64,000 nucleotides of DNA from Eledone cirrhosa (GCA_964016885.1 OZ024743.1:2294001-2358000); one strand, 5' to 3'. Positions 11,225-24,620 are shown, counted from the stretch's first letter. Numbers and translations: made by a program. Notes: generated by a model from the sequence alone, not told the origin.

Positions 11225-13082
11225 GTTATTTACTGTCATTTCATCAGAATAATATTACTGAGGACTTGTTTGGTTTTTATAGAGAATATTAGGAGGGAGG
11301 GGTGAAGTTGTTAGAAGAATAGTTGAGGGAGTGGTTTTTTGATAGCAGTGAGAATTTTTGGTGGCAGTGAGTAATTAGATTCCCATCTGTTGTTTTGACA
11401 TTTTTATAGAATATATTATTGGTTATTTTTCTAAATCTATAGAAGGATTAGAGATAGTAAAGATATGCGTGGTTGGTTTTGTGTTTGCACTTAATTAACA
11501 TTCAGACTTAAATTTATCCTATCACCCACGCATTCACACACAAACATATTTGCACACCTCTACAAAATACATATACTCACATTCACATAGTAACATGTTC
11601 ATACTTACATACATATACACATGCATACATATATATATACACACATGTATTCATGTACATACATACGCGTTCATGTGTATACATTTTCATACTCAACTTA
11701 TCTTTATATACACACGTATAGACACACACATATATACATACATACTCTAGTCTATGTGTATATATATACATATACATATATATTTATATATATATATATA
11801 TATATAGATATATATATATATATATATATAAGCACTTTAATACATGAATACACTTACATCTAACTATACACATCAAACATATATATATATATATATTTAC
11901 TTATTTATATACATTTTCACATATATATACATACTTATGGTCGCTTTTAGACACATTCATTATCGCATTTTTGCACCTATTCTCATCAGCATATCTTTCC
12001 ATTATTAGTGTGGTAATTTGAGGTTATTAATATACATATATATGTTGAGAAGAGATTGTTTTTATATTTTTCTAACTAGATTGAGGTTTATATAGTTGGG
12101 GGGATGTCCCTCTTTTATGTAATATTCGGCTTGTAGTGGGAAAAAAGGGTTTTAGTTCGGTGACGGCAGAATAATGTTCGTTCAATTCTGTTATTCAGCA
12201 ATTTCTTCTTGTGTGTGATTATGTAATAAATCTCAAGATTACACAATTTGCAGAAATTTTGGCTCCTGGAAAAGCTTTGGGTTTTAGCTAATTTCTCCCA
12301 TTTTAGGGTAAACTTTTGATCGCTATCCCTGAGCGTCCAAGCTTTTTCTGCTAAAGTTGTTACATTTCTTTGGCTCTGGTGTTTTATTGAGTAAGAATGC
12401 CTATATAATTGAGATTTAAACGATGTTGCCGTTGATCCCACGTAATACCACTCGTTGCCTCCGGATTTAATGGTACACTTATAAATAATATTTTTTTCCA
12501 GGCAGTTATTGCCGAGGGGGCAGTTGTCAGGATAGGTGCAGTTACAGTTGTGTACGTTGGGTTTTCTCTGGAGTAGTATTGCGGAGGAACTTAGGTGTGG
12601 TTTATTTATCTCTAATCCTTCTATAGATTTAGAAAAATAACCAATAATATATTCTATAAAAATGTCAAAACAACAGATGGGAATCTAATTACTCACTGCC
12701 ACCAAAAATTCTCACTGCTATCAAAAAAACCACTCCCTCAACTATTCTTCTAACAACTTCACCCCTCCCTCCTAATATTCTCTATAAAAACCAAACAGGT
12801 CCTCAGTAATATTATTCTGATGAAATGACAGTAAATAATAACATTGAAATATTGAATGTCTGCATAACTAATACTTTGTAGATAGCAGCTGTTTTCAGGT
12901 TATGTAACTGTTATAGAAACACGTGTCAATAAATTCCTTTCAACTAAACTGTATCCATTCAAATCTTTCTATTTTTCTCCGGATTACTTTTGGAACTACA
13001 ACTGGAACCGTCGAGCAAACTCTACGTGAGCTGTCAATCTACTGTGTGTAATATTTATATTACAACACAACGGAAAATACTG
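11225..13082 (-). mobile_element. 5'-truncated Penelope-like element (GIY-YIG end + 3' region) with an inverted terminal copy
   Basis: 12115-12560 minus encodes CNCTYPDNCPLGNNC..IIYKC..YVGST..CKLC; 11225-11455 is the reverse complement of 12608-12842; ends in (TA)n at 13082. Confidence 0.85.
12115..12560 (-). pseudogene. GIY-YIG endonuclease remnant (Naiad-like PLE)
   Basis: CxCx5C linker, IY..YVG motif and C-terminal CxxC/H residues; paralogous to the C-terminus of 25673-26782. Confidence 0.85.
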
Positions 13083-13185
13083 TATATATATATATATATA
13101 TATATATAGTAGAGAGAGTAAGAGTGAGAGGGAGGGAGACCAAGTGGATTTACTTTACAGAAGAGGGTTAAATCTGCAGCAATAA

Positions 13186-13320
13186 GCACACACACACAGA
13201 CACACACAGATACACAGACACACACGCACAGACACACACACGCATGCACACAGACACACACACACGCATGCGCGCGCACACACACACACACACACAGACA
13301 CAGACACACACACACACTCT
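13186..13320. repeat. (CA)n compound microsatellite
   Basis: Seen directly. Confidence 0.95.
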
Positions 13321-14334
13321 GTGTCAAAATCTAAGTCAGGTAGCGGAAGCAAGCACAGCAGAAAATATTTGATAAATATCTTATGTCAGAGTTCTGCTAT
13401 TTTTACTATTATACTAAGTGATATTTAGATTTTTAATTACAGAAGTGTAAAAAAATATCTGGAAGGTATTATGGCATTATTACAGGTGGGTATTAATGTA
13501 TTAATGACAAAGGAGAAATATCAAAATATCACGGATTACATGAGCAAAATCAAAACCCAAAAAGATAGAATAAAATAAAAACAACTTAATTTAACTCTTC
13601 CTTTAACATATTTCTAATGAAAGACATTGCCTGTTGATTTCAAATTATTTTGAGAATGATAAAAAATTTGAAGAGATTTGGTAATTTAATTAACTTTCTC
13701 ATTATTAAGCTAGTGTTTGAAACTTAAATATTCTTACATAAAATTATGATGAAAGGTTTTTAGATAAATATAAATACTTTAACTCTTTCATTACCATATT
13801 TCTATTGAAGGACATTGCTCATGATTTTTAAATCATTTTGAAAATAATCAAGAATAATCATTATTAATCCTTTGGAGACGGAGCTCTTTTCACAAGCCCT
13901 ACAGAAGACACGGACTTACTTTTCAAAAAAAATTATTAAATAAATAAAGTGCATGATAAATAAATCACAGAACACAGAAAACTATCATAGAATCCACCAT
14001 TGAAAGGCCCAGATGTGCAAGATGCAATCTGATTGGCTGGTACGAAGACCAGCCAGCTAATCTCGAGGCTTGTATTATCAGGCTGATAGATCGGCCCTGT
14101 CGGGTCCTAAGGGTTAAAGTCGATAAAATAAAGGACCAGTAACGCACTGGGGTTGATTTAATCGACTTTCCCCTCCCCCCAGATTGTTGGAATTGTGCCT
14201 AAATCAGAAACCATTATTAAACTAGTTTTTTTAAAATAACTTAACAAATATCCTTACATATAATTATGAGGGAAAGTTTTTAAGTAAATAAAAACACTTT
14301 AACTCTTGTTATTAAGCTGATGTTTTGAGGGTGA

Positions 14335-14550
14335 GAGGGATTGGAAATATTAGTAGAGTGCTGTCAAAATACATTGCAATATTTGTTACAACTTTCTACG
14401 TTCAGAGTTCAAATCCCACCAAAGTCAACTTTGCCTTTCATCTGTTTGGGGTCAATAAAATAAAGTACCAGTAAAGAACTGTGGTTGATATAATCAACTT
14501 TCCCTTTCTCCCAAATTGCTGGTCTTGTGCCAATGTTATAAAGAATTATT
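14335..14550 (+). mobile_element. Decayed tRNA-derived SINE
   Basis: B-box-like GAGTTCAAATCC and CAACTTTGCCTTTCATC...GGGGTCAATAAAATAAAGTACCAGT. Confidence 0.7.
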
Positions 14551-15919
14551 AAGCTGGTGTTTGGCACCTAACTTAACAAAATCTGTTAAGATAAAATTAT
14601 AATGGAAAGTTTTTAGATAAAAATAAACGTTTTAAAATAAACAGATTTGTATCATAGATCCAGGTGGTTTCAGGCAGTTTTATATCAAAGGGGTTAAAGC
14701 CTTATTAACTCTGTAATATATTTTGTTTATTTACATTGCTAATAATGCTAATCAGATAATATTAATCCCTCATAATATAATTTCCAAGTTACACTATGTA
14801 ATCCATTTTAAGTTGTTGTTGTACAACCACAGGTCAGCTCTCATAGAGCAGCAGACATATGATCAAAGACAGGGCCGGATTTAATGGGGGACAAAGGGGG
14901 CAATTGCTCGGTGACCCTGCAGCACGAGGCCCTGCCAGCAACAGCCATAGCAATTTATTTGTGTCCTCTGCTAGGCTTTTTAGTTTTATCCCTTTGACAA
15001 TGAGAACTATATTTTTAACAAGTTTGGTAGAATTTCTAGCAAATCAAATAACCACAGAGAATGTGCAGAAGTGAGTCTTTACAATGTTGAAGATGTTGGG
15101 AAAATATGCAATTACTGATATAAAATGAGGTTACATTGTGATGATTTAGCAGAAAATATCTAAAAACAGCTTTGTTGTGTCTGAACTAATGGACAGATTG
15201 TTGTGAATATTTACTGTATCATCACTTAACATTCAGTAATGATTTAGTAGAAAATATCTATAAATGAATTTGTTAATTCAAATGTTTATAGTATATTTAT
15301 TAATGGACAGATTGTTGTGAAAATGTATAGTATCAACTCTTAACATCCAGTAATGATTTAGCAGAAATAACTAAAAACATATTTGTTCATTCAAATGTTT
15401 AAGTATCGTTACTAGTGGACAGATGGTTGTAAGAGTTTGCGGTATTAACTCTTAACATCCTACTGTTTGCTTTTGTTCAATTTTATTTTGTTTTGCTCTT
15501 AGCAATTATACATTCAAAGATAAATTTGCTTGCGATAAGCTGAAAAAATGCTCTTTTACCTTGAGAAATATTTTTCAGATTTTAATGATGGTGGTAAGAA
15601 TCTAACACTAACAAAGCACAGAGAAAACAGTTCTACTGCTACTACTAAATTACCAGGAAGTATTAAAAACTGCTTTACTTATATATATATTTGTGTGTGT
15701 GTGTGTGTGTGAGTGTATGTGTACATATAGATTAACGTTTCAGGAAGATTTCCAAAAAAAAAAAAACGGTTACCTGTCAAAGATAAACTACTTTCCACTG
15801 ATAAAAATGGAATGGATAACTCAAAGATTGGAAACATATGAGAAAAGTATCTTACTGCTATTAACATTCATTGTATTTTCCTGAGTTCTTCTTTAGTCTG
15901 GGTGACCATGTAACATCCT

Positions 15920-16660
15920 CACTAGTGCTGGTGCCATAATAAAATGCTTCCAGTACATGCTCTAATGAGGTAGCGCTAGTTCCACAATAAAAAGGCTTCC
16001 AGTACACATTGTAAGGTGGTAGTGCTGGTGCCACTACAAAATGCTCCCAGTATACCCTGTAAAGTGGTACTAATGGTGCTACAATAAAATTCACACAGTT
16101 CACTTTATGGAATGGTCGTGCAGGCAGCATGATAAAATGTTCCTAGTACACCTTGTAAAGTAGTAGTGCTTGTGCTCCGATTAAAACACCCCCAGTCTAT
16201 TATGTAAAGTGCTAGTGCCATGATAAAATGCTCTCAGTACACCCTGTAAAGTGATAGTGCTGGTGCATGATAAAATGATCCTAGTACACCCTGTAAAGTG
16301 GTAGTGTTGGTGCCTTATAAAGCACCAATGCTGATGTCATGATAAAATGCTCACAGTACACATAATGTGGTAATGTTGGTGCCATGATTAAAAGGGACCC
16401 AGTACACTATGTAAAGTGGTAGTGCTGATGCCACAATTAAAACACAGTATATCCTGTAAAGTGGTAGTGCTGGTGTCACGATAACATGCTTTCAGGCCAC
16501 TCTGTTATCTGGTTGGTGTTAGGAAGGACATCCAGCTGTAGAAACCATGCTACAATGGAATGTATGAGCAAGGTATGGTCATCTGACCTATCTAACTTCA
16601 GAACATGACATGTCTAACCAAATAGACATTAAAAGGTTGATGATGATGATAACGATGATG
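15920..16660 (+). mobile_element. Old RTE-B-related 3' end with its ~40-bp unit amplified ~14x
   Basis: Repeats of AGTGCTGGTGCC..AAAATG..CCAGTACAC.CTGTAAAGTGG followed by GGTTGGTGTTAGGAAGG.CATCCAGCTGTAGAAA and a (GAT)n tail. Confidence 0.7.
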
Positions 16661-18494
16661 TATATCTGTAGCAGGAGACCAGAGATTGATAAGCTATCAA
16701 GTTTTGTAGCAACACAAATTATTATATGACTAAGATCACAGAAATAATTCGCTAATGAAAATGTTATTTCAAATAAATTGCAAAGAGGCAAAATTGTTTG
16801 GTAGATGATGATGCTAGATAACTACTGGCCACATGAGTTTAACCCTTTTATACCAACCAACCCAAAACCAACTGGTTTTATAAAACAAAACCACCCATTT
16901 TAAAGAGTTCTTATCTAAATTTAAATCTTCCAATATAAGTTCATATAAGAAACTTATGTTAAGTTACTATCTTAGTAATGAAATAATTAATTTTAATAAA
17001 TTTCTCAAAATTCTTCATTAATTAATTTAAATAGAGTGTATTTCATTAAAACTATGCTGAAGAAAAGATTAAACTGTAGCTAGTGTTGTGTCCTTGACAC
17101 TGCTTCCAAAATCTTGTTTACTTCAGTTTACTTGACTTAAATAAAATAGAACCAACTTGTTATTTTACACTTGAACGGTTAAGAAGAGAAAAGCACCCAA
17201 CCGGACCAAAATAACAAGCTCAATAATGCAAGCATAGAACAGCAAACAAAAAGTTATGACATATAAATATAATTAAATGTAGTGAAATGGGTAGTTAAAA
17301 AGTTTGATTCAATAAAATTCAATCCAACTTAGGTTTTAAGCTTCATAGTCAAATGAATTATCTAACTTGTCACAACCTATTTAATAAAGACTTTATATTT
17401 TAAAAAAAGCAATAAAAATGCCCTGAATTTCTTGAACAAGATATTCTTGAATTTAACAATGCAATACTGTGACTGTAGTATATTCAAATGTTCACAATGA
17501 TCAGCCCATTTGTAAAGATACTATAAACAGATAAACTAACAAACAACATGTAACCATACTGGCAAAACATTCTTGAAATGTACAAAACAGTACTTTGATT
17601 GTATCACATTAAAATTAAAGTATTTACTCTGCAAATGTTCACAAGGATCTGTCCACTTGTAAAAATACTATAAACATTTGAATTGACAAACATTTTTTTT
17701 TTAGTTATTTTCTGCTAAATCATTACAAAATGTTAAGAGATGGTATTGTAATTTTCACAACAATCTGTTTACCAATAAAGATACTGTAAATATTTGAATG
17801 AACAAACTTCTTTTTCAGCTAAATCATTTCAAAATGTTAAGAGATAATTCAACAAATTTTCATGACAATCTGTTCATCAATAAAGACACAATAAACAATT
17901 GAATCAACAAACTTCTTTTTAGATATTTTATGCTAGTAACTCTTGCATTTAAGAGGTTCTTGAGTGTTTATAATGGTTTGTTTTTGTGCCATTGTTTAGC
18001 TCCAGATCAGCTTACAGCACATCTATAATTACAGTCATGACCATCACATCTTTTGTTTCCCAGGTTCAAGACTGTATCTAAGACTGTTGACACAGGTATG
18101 GCTAAGTGATTAAAAAGTTTGCTTTACAATAATGAGATCCCAGATTTGATTCCACTGCATGGCATCTTTTCCCAGACCTTGTGAGTGAAATTGGGTAGAT
18201 GGAAACTGTGTGGAAGCCTGTTCAATGGACTGTACCTGTAATACAATAGTCCAGCCATGTCACATACTGTGTCACACTGACTGTACCTGTAATATAATAG
18301 TCCAGCCTTGTCACATACTGTGTCACCATAATTCAGCTTGGGAATTACATTAATAGTACACGTGTCTGTGGAGTACTCACCACTTACATGATAATCCACA
18401 TGTTTTGTTATCTAGATTAACTAATTATCAGTGGTGGTGTGTGTTTAGAAATCATAATCACCAGTGTAAAAATTAAATGGAAAAAGTTCAGAAT

Positions 18495-18850
18495 GTTATT
18501 ACATCTGGTAGTTATTACCTCTAGTAGTTATTACATCTGGGAGTTATTATATCTGGTAGTTATTACTTCTAGTAGTTATTACATCTGGTAGTTATTACCT
18601 ATGGTAGTTATTACCTCTAGTAGCTATTACATCTGGTAGTCATTACTTCTGGTAACTATTACCTAAGTCAGGTATTACCTCTGATAGCAACATTAGGTCC
18701 TGGGAGTTATTAACTCAAGAAGTCATTACTTCCAGCAGCAACAAAAAAAATCAAGGAGTTATATCTGGTAGTTATTAGTTCTTGTAGCAACAAAATGTTC
18801 TAGAAGTTATTACTGCCAGTAGCAATAAAAGGTGAGAAAGTTGTTACTTC
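18495..18850. repeat. Degenerate 16-bp minisatellite GTTATTACATCTGGTA
   Basis: About 10 clear units, then decay. Confidence 0.8.
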
Positions 18851-19311
18851 CTTTCATTATTATTACCATGTTAACATATGACTCACAACCCTTTCGTAGC
18901 AATATTTCTAAGGAAATACTCTATTTCAATTAATTAAGGAAGAATTTTGATAGATTTACTACAATTATTTATTATTTCATTACTAGGATAGTAACTAAAC
19001 ATATGGTTCTTAACCCTGCTGTGACCATATTTCTAATGAAATACTCTATTTCAATTAATTAAGGAAGTATTTTGAGAAATAAACTAAAATTATCAATTAT
19101 TTCATTACTAAGATAGTAACCTTATGTAAAATTATATTTGAAAATGATTTGCTGCTGTTGTCTTAAGTTGTTGTCATTCACCTCATGGAGAGAGTGAGTG
19201 TCCCTGTATTGGCTATGCACAAGTGTTGGCTGATTCTATGCAGCTATACACCACTGGGGGCTGCATCCATCAGCAGCTTGCCAGTGTGGCTTGCCAGAGC
19301 AGACTGCTCAA

Positions 19312-19597
19312 CATCATCATCATCATCAACGTTTAACGTCCGTGTTCCACGCTTGCATGGGTTTGGACGGAGGTTTTCCCACTTGAGGCAAGAGTGATTG
19401 TCTTGCTCGCATAGGGCTGTCTGGCGGGTTTTCTATAGCTGGATGCCCTTCCTAACACCAACCACATTTACAGTGTGGGGCTGGGAGGTTTTTACCGTGT
19501 TGCCTACACGGCCACATTACAGCGTGGACTGTGTGTTTTTTTGTCGTGACACCTACACGATCTCATTTGTTTCGGCCTGGATGTTGTGGCACCAATA
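19312..19597 (-). mobile_element. 3' UTR-only copy of RTE family C
   Basis: Closely matches 37261-37550; (CAT)n tail. Confidence 0.9.
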
Positions 19598-19876
19598 CTA
19601 AGTAAGTGCCCATCTTAGCCCACCTGCGAATATGGTACTCATACACCCTTATCCCACTACTGTAGGCTGGTTACAACACCTGGGGGACATCACATAATTG
19701 CAGCTGTCTCATACAAAAGAAGAAGATATAGGAAGATTTTAATTTAAATAGGAACTCTTTAAAATTTTTGGGTTTTTTTTTTAATAGAACCAGAGTTGGC
19801 TTTGAGTGGGTTGGTATTGAGTTATAAGTGTATGTGTCAGCTTGTGAATGTGTGTGTGTGTGTGTGTGTGTTAGAG

Positions 19877-20025
19877 CAGTGGCTGCCAACCTTTCGGATC
19901 TCACAGACCACTAAATTCATAATTTTAAATTACACAGACTAATATGATTTAAAAAAAAAAAAATACATCAAAATTTTTCTGCAGACCACAAAATATTCTC
20001 GTGGACCACTGACTGACAACAGCTG
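19877..20025. mobile_element. hAT (Charlie/Buster-type) MITE
   Basis: CAGTGGCTGCCAAC...GACAACAGCTG ends with a perfect 8-bp TSD TGTTAGAG (19869-19876 and 20026-20033), NNNTANNN pattern. Confidence 0.8.
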
Positions 20026-20799
20026 TGTTAGAGAATGTCTTTATTGTCTAGTTGACTAACATACTGTTGGATAACACTACAACAAATATTAACCCTTTTG
20101 ATACAAAGCTTCCTGAAACTGCCCCTGATTCTATGATATAAAACTGTTTGATTTATAGTGTTTATATTTATCTAAAAACTTGCCATCATAATTTCATCTA
20201 AGAACATTTGTTAAGTTATGTTCCAAATACCAGCTTAATGGAGAAATATATTGATCTCAATACTTAACTGGTATTTTATTTTATCTAACTCAGAAAGATG
20301 AAAGGCTTTTGAACCTAATTTGGTGGCAAATTTGACAGAAAAAAAAATCAAAGTCTGTTTTTATTGGTTATGTATAATACAAAAAAAAACTAGATAGCTT
20401 GTTAGAGCCCCTTTTACATGCCAATTTAGGACAGTTAGAAATCATCATCATCATTGTTTAACGTCCATCTTCCATGCTAGCATGGGTTAGACTAGAATAT
20501 GATCTGAGGGAGATTTGGTTGCTATTCCTAGCAAGCTGAGCAAAATTTATAGCCCCCACCTTTCCCCACTCATATGGTTTGTCAATTTCACTTGAAGAAA
20601 TTGAGTAACTCTTAAAAATCTCAAAGCCATTCAGGGTCAAAATATATGTTGTTACATGAACAACAAAGAATTTCATTTTTCAAACTTTCACAGTAGACTA
20701 AACAGTTCACCTCACCCATCAACACATTTTGAAAAAATATAGATGTTATTACTGTCAACACCATATTTACTTATATCTGTGTTCTTTTAATGTCCAGTA

Positions 20800-21128
20800 T
20801 ATCATCATCATCAGTCCCTTGACCTCTGTAGTCGTCGGGAGGGAGGGGGCCCTACTGCAAAAGCCTCACACACTCAAAATACTCTGTCAACAGTAGCCGT
20901 CAACAAATCTGGTGTCATCATTTGTATCATTTTTTTTACATTGTCCAACCAGTTTTTTGCGTTGGTGTCCCCTCCTACGGCCACCTTCAATGGTGCCTTG
21001 CATGATGGTCTTGCACAGGCTGTCATGTCATGTGACATAGCCAAACCACGCCAGTTTCCTCCTCTTGACAGTGACAGGGAGAGGTCCCTGGTGACCCACA
21101 AAACTTTTAACCCTACTCCACACGTATA
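20800..21128 (-). pseudogene. Decayed RTE/BovB-like 3' fragment
   Basis: Minus strand reads TVKRRKLAWFGYVT*HDSLCKTIMQGTIEGGRRRGHQRK..WLDNVK; (ATG)n tail. Confidence 0.8.
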
Positions 21129-21164
21129 TGAAATACAGTAAAAACAATCAAAACATCTCCAGCG

Positions 21165-22292
21165 TCTGTATATATAAAAAGAAACATTTGTTTGTTTGTT
21201 TCTTGTTTGTTAATTTGTTACCTATAGAATAAGAAATGGTTGACCTTACAAATATCAAAATACTTTCATAATAACCATTTCTTCACAAGAAAATTAATGA
21301 TGCTATTTATGTTATATTTGGTGAAGTATTTAATAACAGAACTGACATTAAATGCATTATTTTTAACATAATGAATAAATTCAGGCTGCCAGTAAACCTT
21401 AAATTATTTTCCTTGTCCAGAGAAAGTTTAAAAATACATTCACCAAGTATTTTTAAGTAGAACATTCAAATGTAAATGTTCATTTTCCATTTCAATTATA
21501 AATAAGCATATGTAATCTCTTTTTCCTAACAGTTGAATTTGGAAAGTTCCTAATTGAATTTATGGATTTCCAGGTCAGAGTTAAAAACTTAACACACAAA
21601 TAATATGTTGATATAATGCACTATTTCTGCCAAAGGATACATGGTTCTGAGATCCTTTAATAATTATTTAAATCCATTATTAGGAAAGATAAAATGCTAT
21701 CATTTTACAGGAAAGTAAATTGTTTTTCATGTATTTGATTTTAATCAATCTAACTCAACTCTATTAACATTCAATACACTTATGTAATTAATAACCATAC
21801 TTTCTCGTATCAATTACAAACATAATAAAAATATTTGGTGAATAAAACTTCAAATAATGACATCATCACACAGAATGCTTTACAGAATGTAACCAGTCCT
21901 CTATTGTCTGAAAAAAAGCTTTCATTATATTTATAAAGATAAACACTTTCACTTTGGAAATTTAAGTTTTATCCATAAAAATAATGATTTCTACTTTAGT
22001 CACAAGGCCAACTATTTTGGGGGAGCGGAAAGTCGATTAAATCGACCCCCAGTGTATTACTGATGCTTTATTTTATCGACCCCATAAGGATGAAAGGCAA
22101 AGCTAACCTCACTGTTTGTTTGTACAATTTAATTAATTTTTTGGAAAAAAAACACCTACACACATAAGACTTTTTTTAAACCTATCTCCATTATAAAGAA
22201 TATAAATGTTGTGTTTCAAACATTATATTTATGCTGAATTGTCATTCTTTTCTAAGATTTTTTTCCCATGCAATGCCAGGTATAACTGCTAG
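21165..22292 (+). mobile_element. Probable non-autonomous Helitron
   Basis: 5' TC(TG)TATATATAAAAA + (TTTG)n start; 3' degenerate hairpin CCCATGCAATGCCAGG then CTAG|T; SINE fragment nested at ~21990-22110. Confidence 0.5.
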
Positions 22293-22494
22293 TACAAAAA
22301 AAAAATGAAAGCAAACAGGCAGAAATGCTACAGTTATTGCAGTTATTGCTGTTAACACAAGAAATATACTGTGAATGTTGTTTCAAGAATACAATGAAAA
22401 TTTATGGAAATATGTCATCAAGTCAAAAGAATTACAAGAAATAAGTTAAAGACTCACTCACCAATAGACTGCAACCTATGAACTAGCTAACTGA

Positions 22495-22735
22495 ACAGCA
22501 CCAATACCACCACCAATAACAACAACAACACTAGTGCCAACAACAACACTAACACTAGCACCAACACCACCAACAACACCATCAACACCACCAACAACAA
22601 CACTAACACCAGAACAACCAACAACAACACCATCAACAACAACACTAACATCAACAAAACCAACAAGAACACTAACACCACCAACAACACCATCAACAAC
22701 ATCACCACTACCACCACCACTATCAACAACACCAT
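22495..22735. repeat. (CAA/CCA)n low-complexity tract
   Basis: Seen directly. Confidence 0.85.
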
Positions 22736-23145
22736 TTCCCAAGCTCACTCGACACACCCCAGCTTCCTTTCTTTCATCACTCTCTTTGACACTCCAGTCG
22801 ATTAAAATTAACCCCTTCATACAGTCCTTCCTCCCCAAACAGAACTACATTCCTGAATTCCCACTTCTGTCAACATATTTCACCCACACTACATACCTGA
22901 AACTTAACAGCAATAACTGGAAAGGTCATGAATACATACACTCCACCTGACTATCACACACACACACACATAATTCCACCTGACGTGTACACACATATAA
23001 TTCCACCTGACGTGTACACACACACACACACACATTCACTTCCACCTGACTTACACACACACACACACATACACTTCCACCTGACTTACACACACATATA
23101 CATACATGATAGCTGCAATTTCAAGTAATGCTATCGTTTTGATAC

Positions 23146-23374
23146 TTAACCCTTTAGCATTTAAACTGGCCATATCCAGCCAGAATTCTCTCATCTCTTT
23201 CTGTTCAAACTGGCCTTAACCAGCTGCTCATGCTGATGTTAACGTATTGTTCTCAAAATAAATAATATCAAAATCTTGTAGATTCGATATTAGGTGAGAT
23301 AATTACGTGAGATAAAGTGTTTACTGGGAAAATACAATAGTAAATTTAGAGTAATGTAAATGCTAAAGGGTTCA
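23146..23374. mobile_element. piggyBac-type MITE copy
   Basis: TTAACCCTTTAGCATTTA...TAAATGCTAAAGGG. Confidence 0.9.
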
Positions 23375-23740
23375 GCATGAGCAGCACACGTGTGGCTTTT
23401 TAATCCTGCTAGGGACTCGCAGTAGCAGGATGATGATCAGGCCCAAGCTGCAGTGCTCTGGGACACCTGCTGGGCCAGACCTTTTCACTAACTGCTCCAG
23501 AGCCCAAAGCCAGCCATACGATGCTTCGCAAAAGATGTCACATATCAAGCAAAGTTTTTTTAAATGAGGAAAGGCTTTGCATGGAGCCAATCCCACTCTC
23601 TGAACATCAAATATATTCAACCAAAAAGTAGAACTGGTCTACATCATTGGATGCAAACGAAGTCACAGGTTTTATATCAGAGTGACCTCCTAGAGAGATG
23701 TCTTAAATGACAACTAGGGGTCTCTCACTCCACTGCCTCC
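23375..23740 (-). mobile_element. Decayed RTE 5' UTR-like fragment
   Basis: Reverse complement of ~23575-23730 aligns by eye to ~9958-10130 (ACTCTGATATAA..ATCCAATGATGT..GAGAGTGGGATTGGCT). Confidence 0.55.
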
Positions 23741-24039
23741 CTCTAAAAAAAAAAACATACACTTCCACCTGATTAACACATACATGCATACATACATACA
23801 CACACACATATACAAAGTCATTTCCATCTGACTAGCACACACATACAGTCACTTCCACCTGACTAACACACATATACAGTCACTTCCACCTGACTAACAC
23901 ACATACACATAGTTATTAACACACATACACATAGTTACTTGCACCTGACTAACACACACAGAGTGTCAGAATGGTTATCAGACTAAAAAAGGCAAACTGT
24001 CCATCAACCATTCAACCATCATTTTAATATCCTGTAAAC

Positions 24040-24121
24040 AGAAGGTTGTTTATATATTGTCAAAGCTCTTTAGTCACACATTCTGTGACAAGGAGCTTTG
24101 ACAATATATAAACAACCTTCT
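24040..24121. repeat. Palindrome with perfect 29-bp arms
   Basis: AGAAGGTTGTTTATATATTGTCAAAGCTC ... GAGCTTTGACAATATATAAACAACCTTCT, with inner GTCACA/TGTGAC. Confidence 0.95.
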
Positions 24122-24254
24122 AGTTATCGAACCAACCAAGCAACCGGAAATATATAATAAATTGAAATGAAAACCAACAGGTGCGTGTGTTTTTATTAGC
24201 AACATGACCCTCCCAAAGTATAACAATATCTGTTTCAACACACGATTTCACGAA

Positions 24255-24294
<40 letters not shown>

Positions 24295-24296
<2 letters not shown>

Positions 24297-24620
24297 AGGC
24301 ACATGGCTTACTGGTTGGAGCATTGGCCTTGCAATCGAAAGGTTGTGAGTTCAATTCTCAGACCGGGTGATGTGTTGTTTCCTTGAGCAAGACACTTTAT
24401 TTCACATTGCTCCAGTTTACTCAGCTGTAGAAATGAGTCCCTATCATTCCACTGCAAAGTGGTCGTGGAGGTGCCACGGCAAAAAAGCACCCAGCACTCA
24501 CTGTAAATGAGGTTGGTGTTAGGAAGGGCATCCAGCTGTAGAAATCAAGCCAGAATCAGTTCCCGTCCCACCCTTGCAAGCAGGGAAAAGCGGACGCAAA
24601 ATGAAATGAAATGAAAATGA
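24295..24620 (+). mobile_element. Chimeric tRNA-derived SINE with RTE-derived body and tail
   Basis: A-box-like TGGCTTACTGG, B-box-like GAGTTCAATTC, CCTTGAGCAAGACAC box, RTE-B 3'UTR segment and RTE-A terminal stem; (TA)n on both sides. Confidence 0.9.

Larger units (their letters stand above)
22940..23960. repeat. CACTTCCACCTGACT-(CA)n minisatellite interrupted by a MITE and an RTE 5' fragment
   Basis: Same motif at 22940-23100 and 23760-23960. Confidence 0.7.

Noticed and set aside
11940-12000. Minus-strand CTGATGA downstream of the GIY-YIG remnant
   Set aside because: No convincing stem II or GAAA
14870-14935. hAT-like terminus CAGGGCCGGATTTA
   Set aside because: No matching second end or TSD found
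15774-15797. Possible 24-nt minus-strand micro-exon (ttttatcag|...ACAG|gtaacc)
   Set aside because: Splice-like signals arise by chance; there are no supporting exons or transcript data
22476-22950. Mucin-like Thr/Pro ORF and its antisense Val/Gly ORFs
   Set aside because: Low-complexity (CAA/CCA)n sequence with no gene context
24295-24372. tRNA gene
   Set aside because: The tRNA-like head continues into a SINE body and RTE tail, and is repeated at 53273
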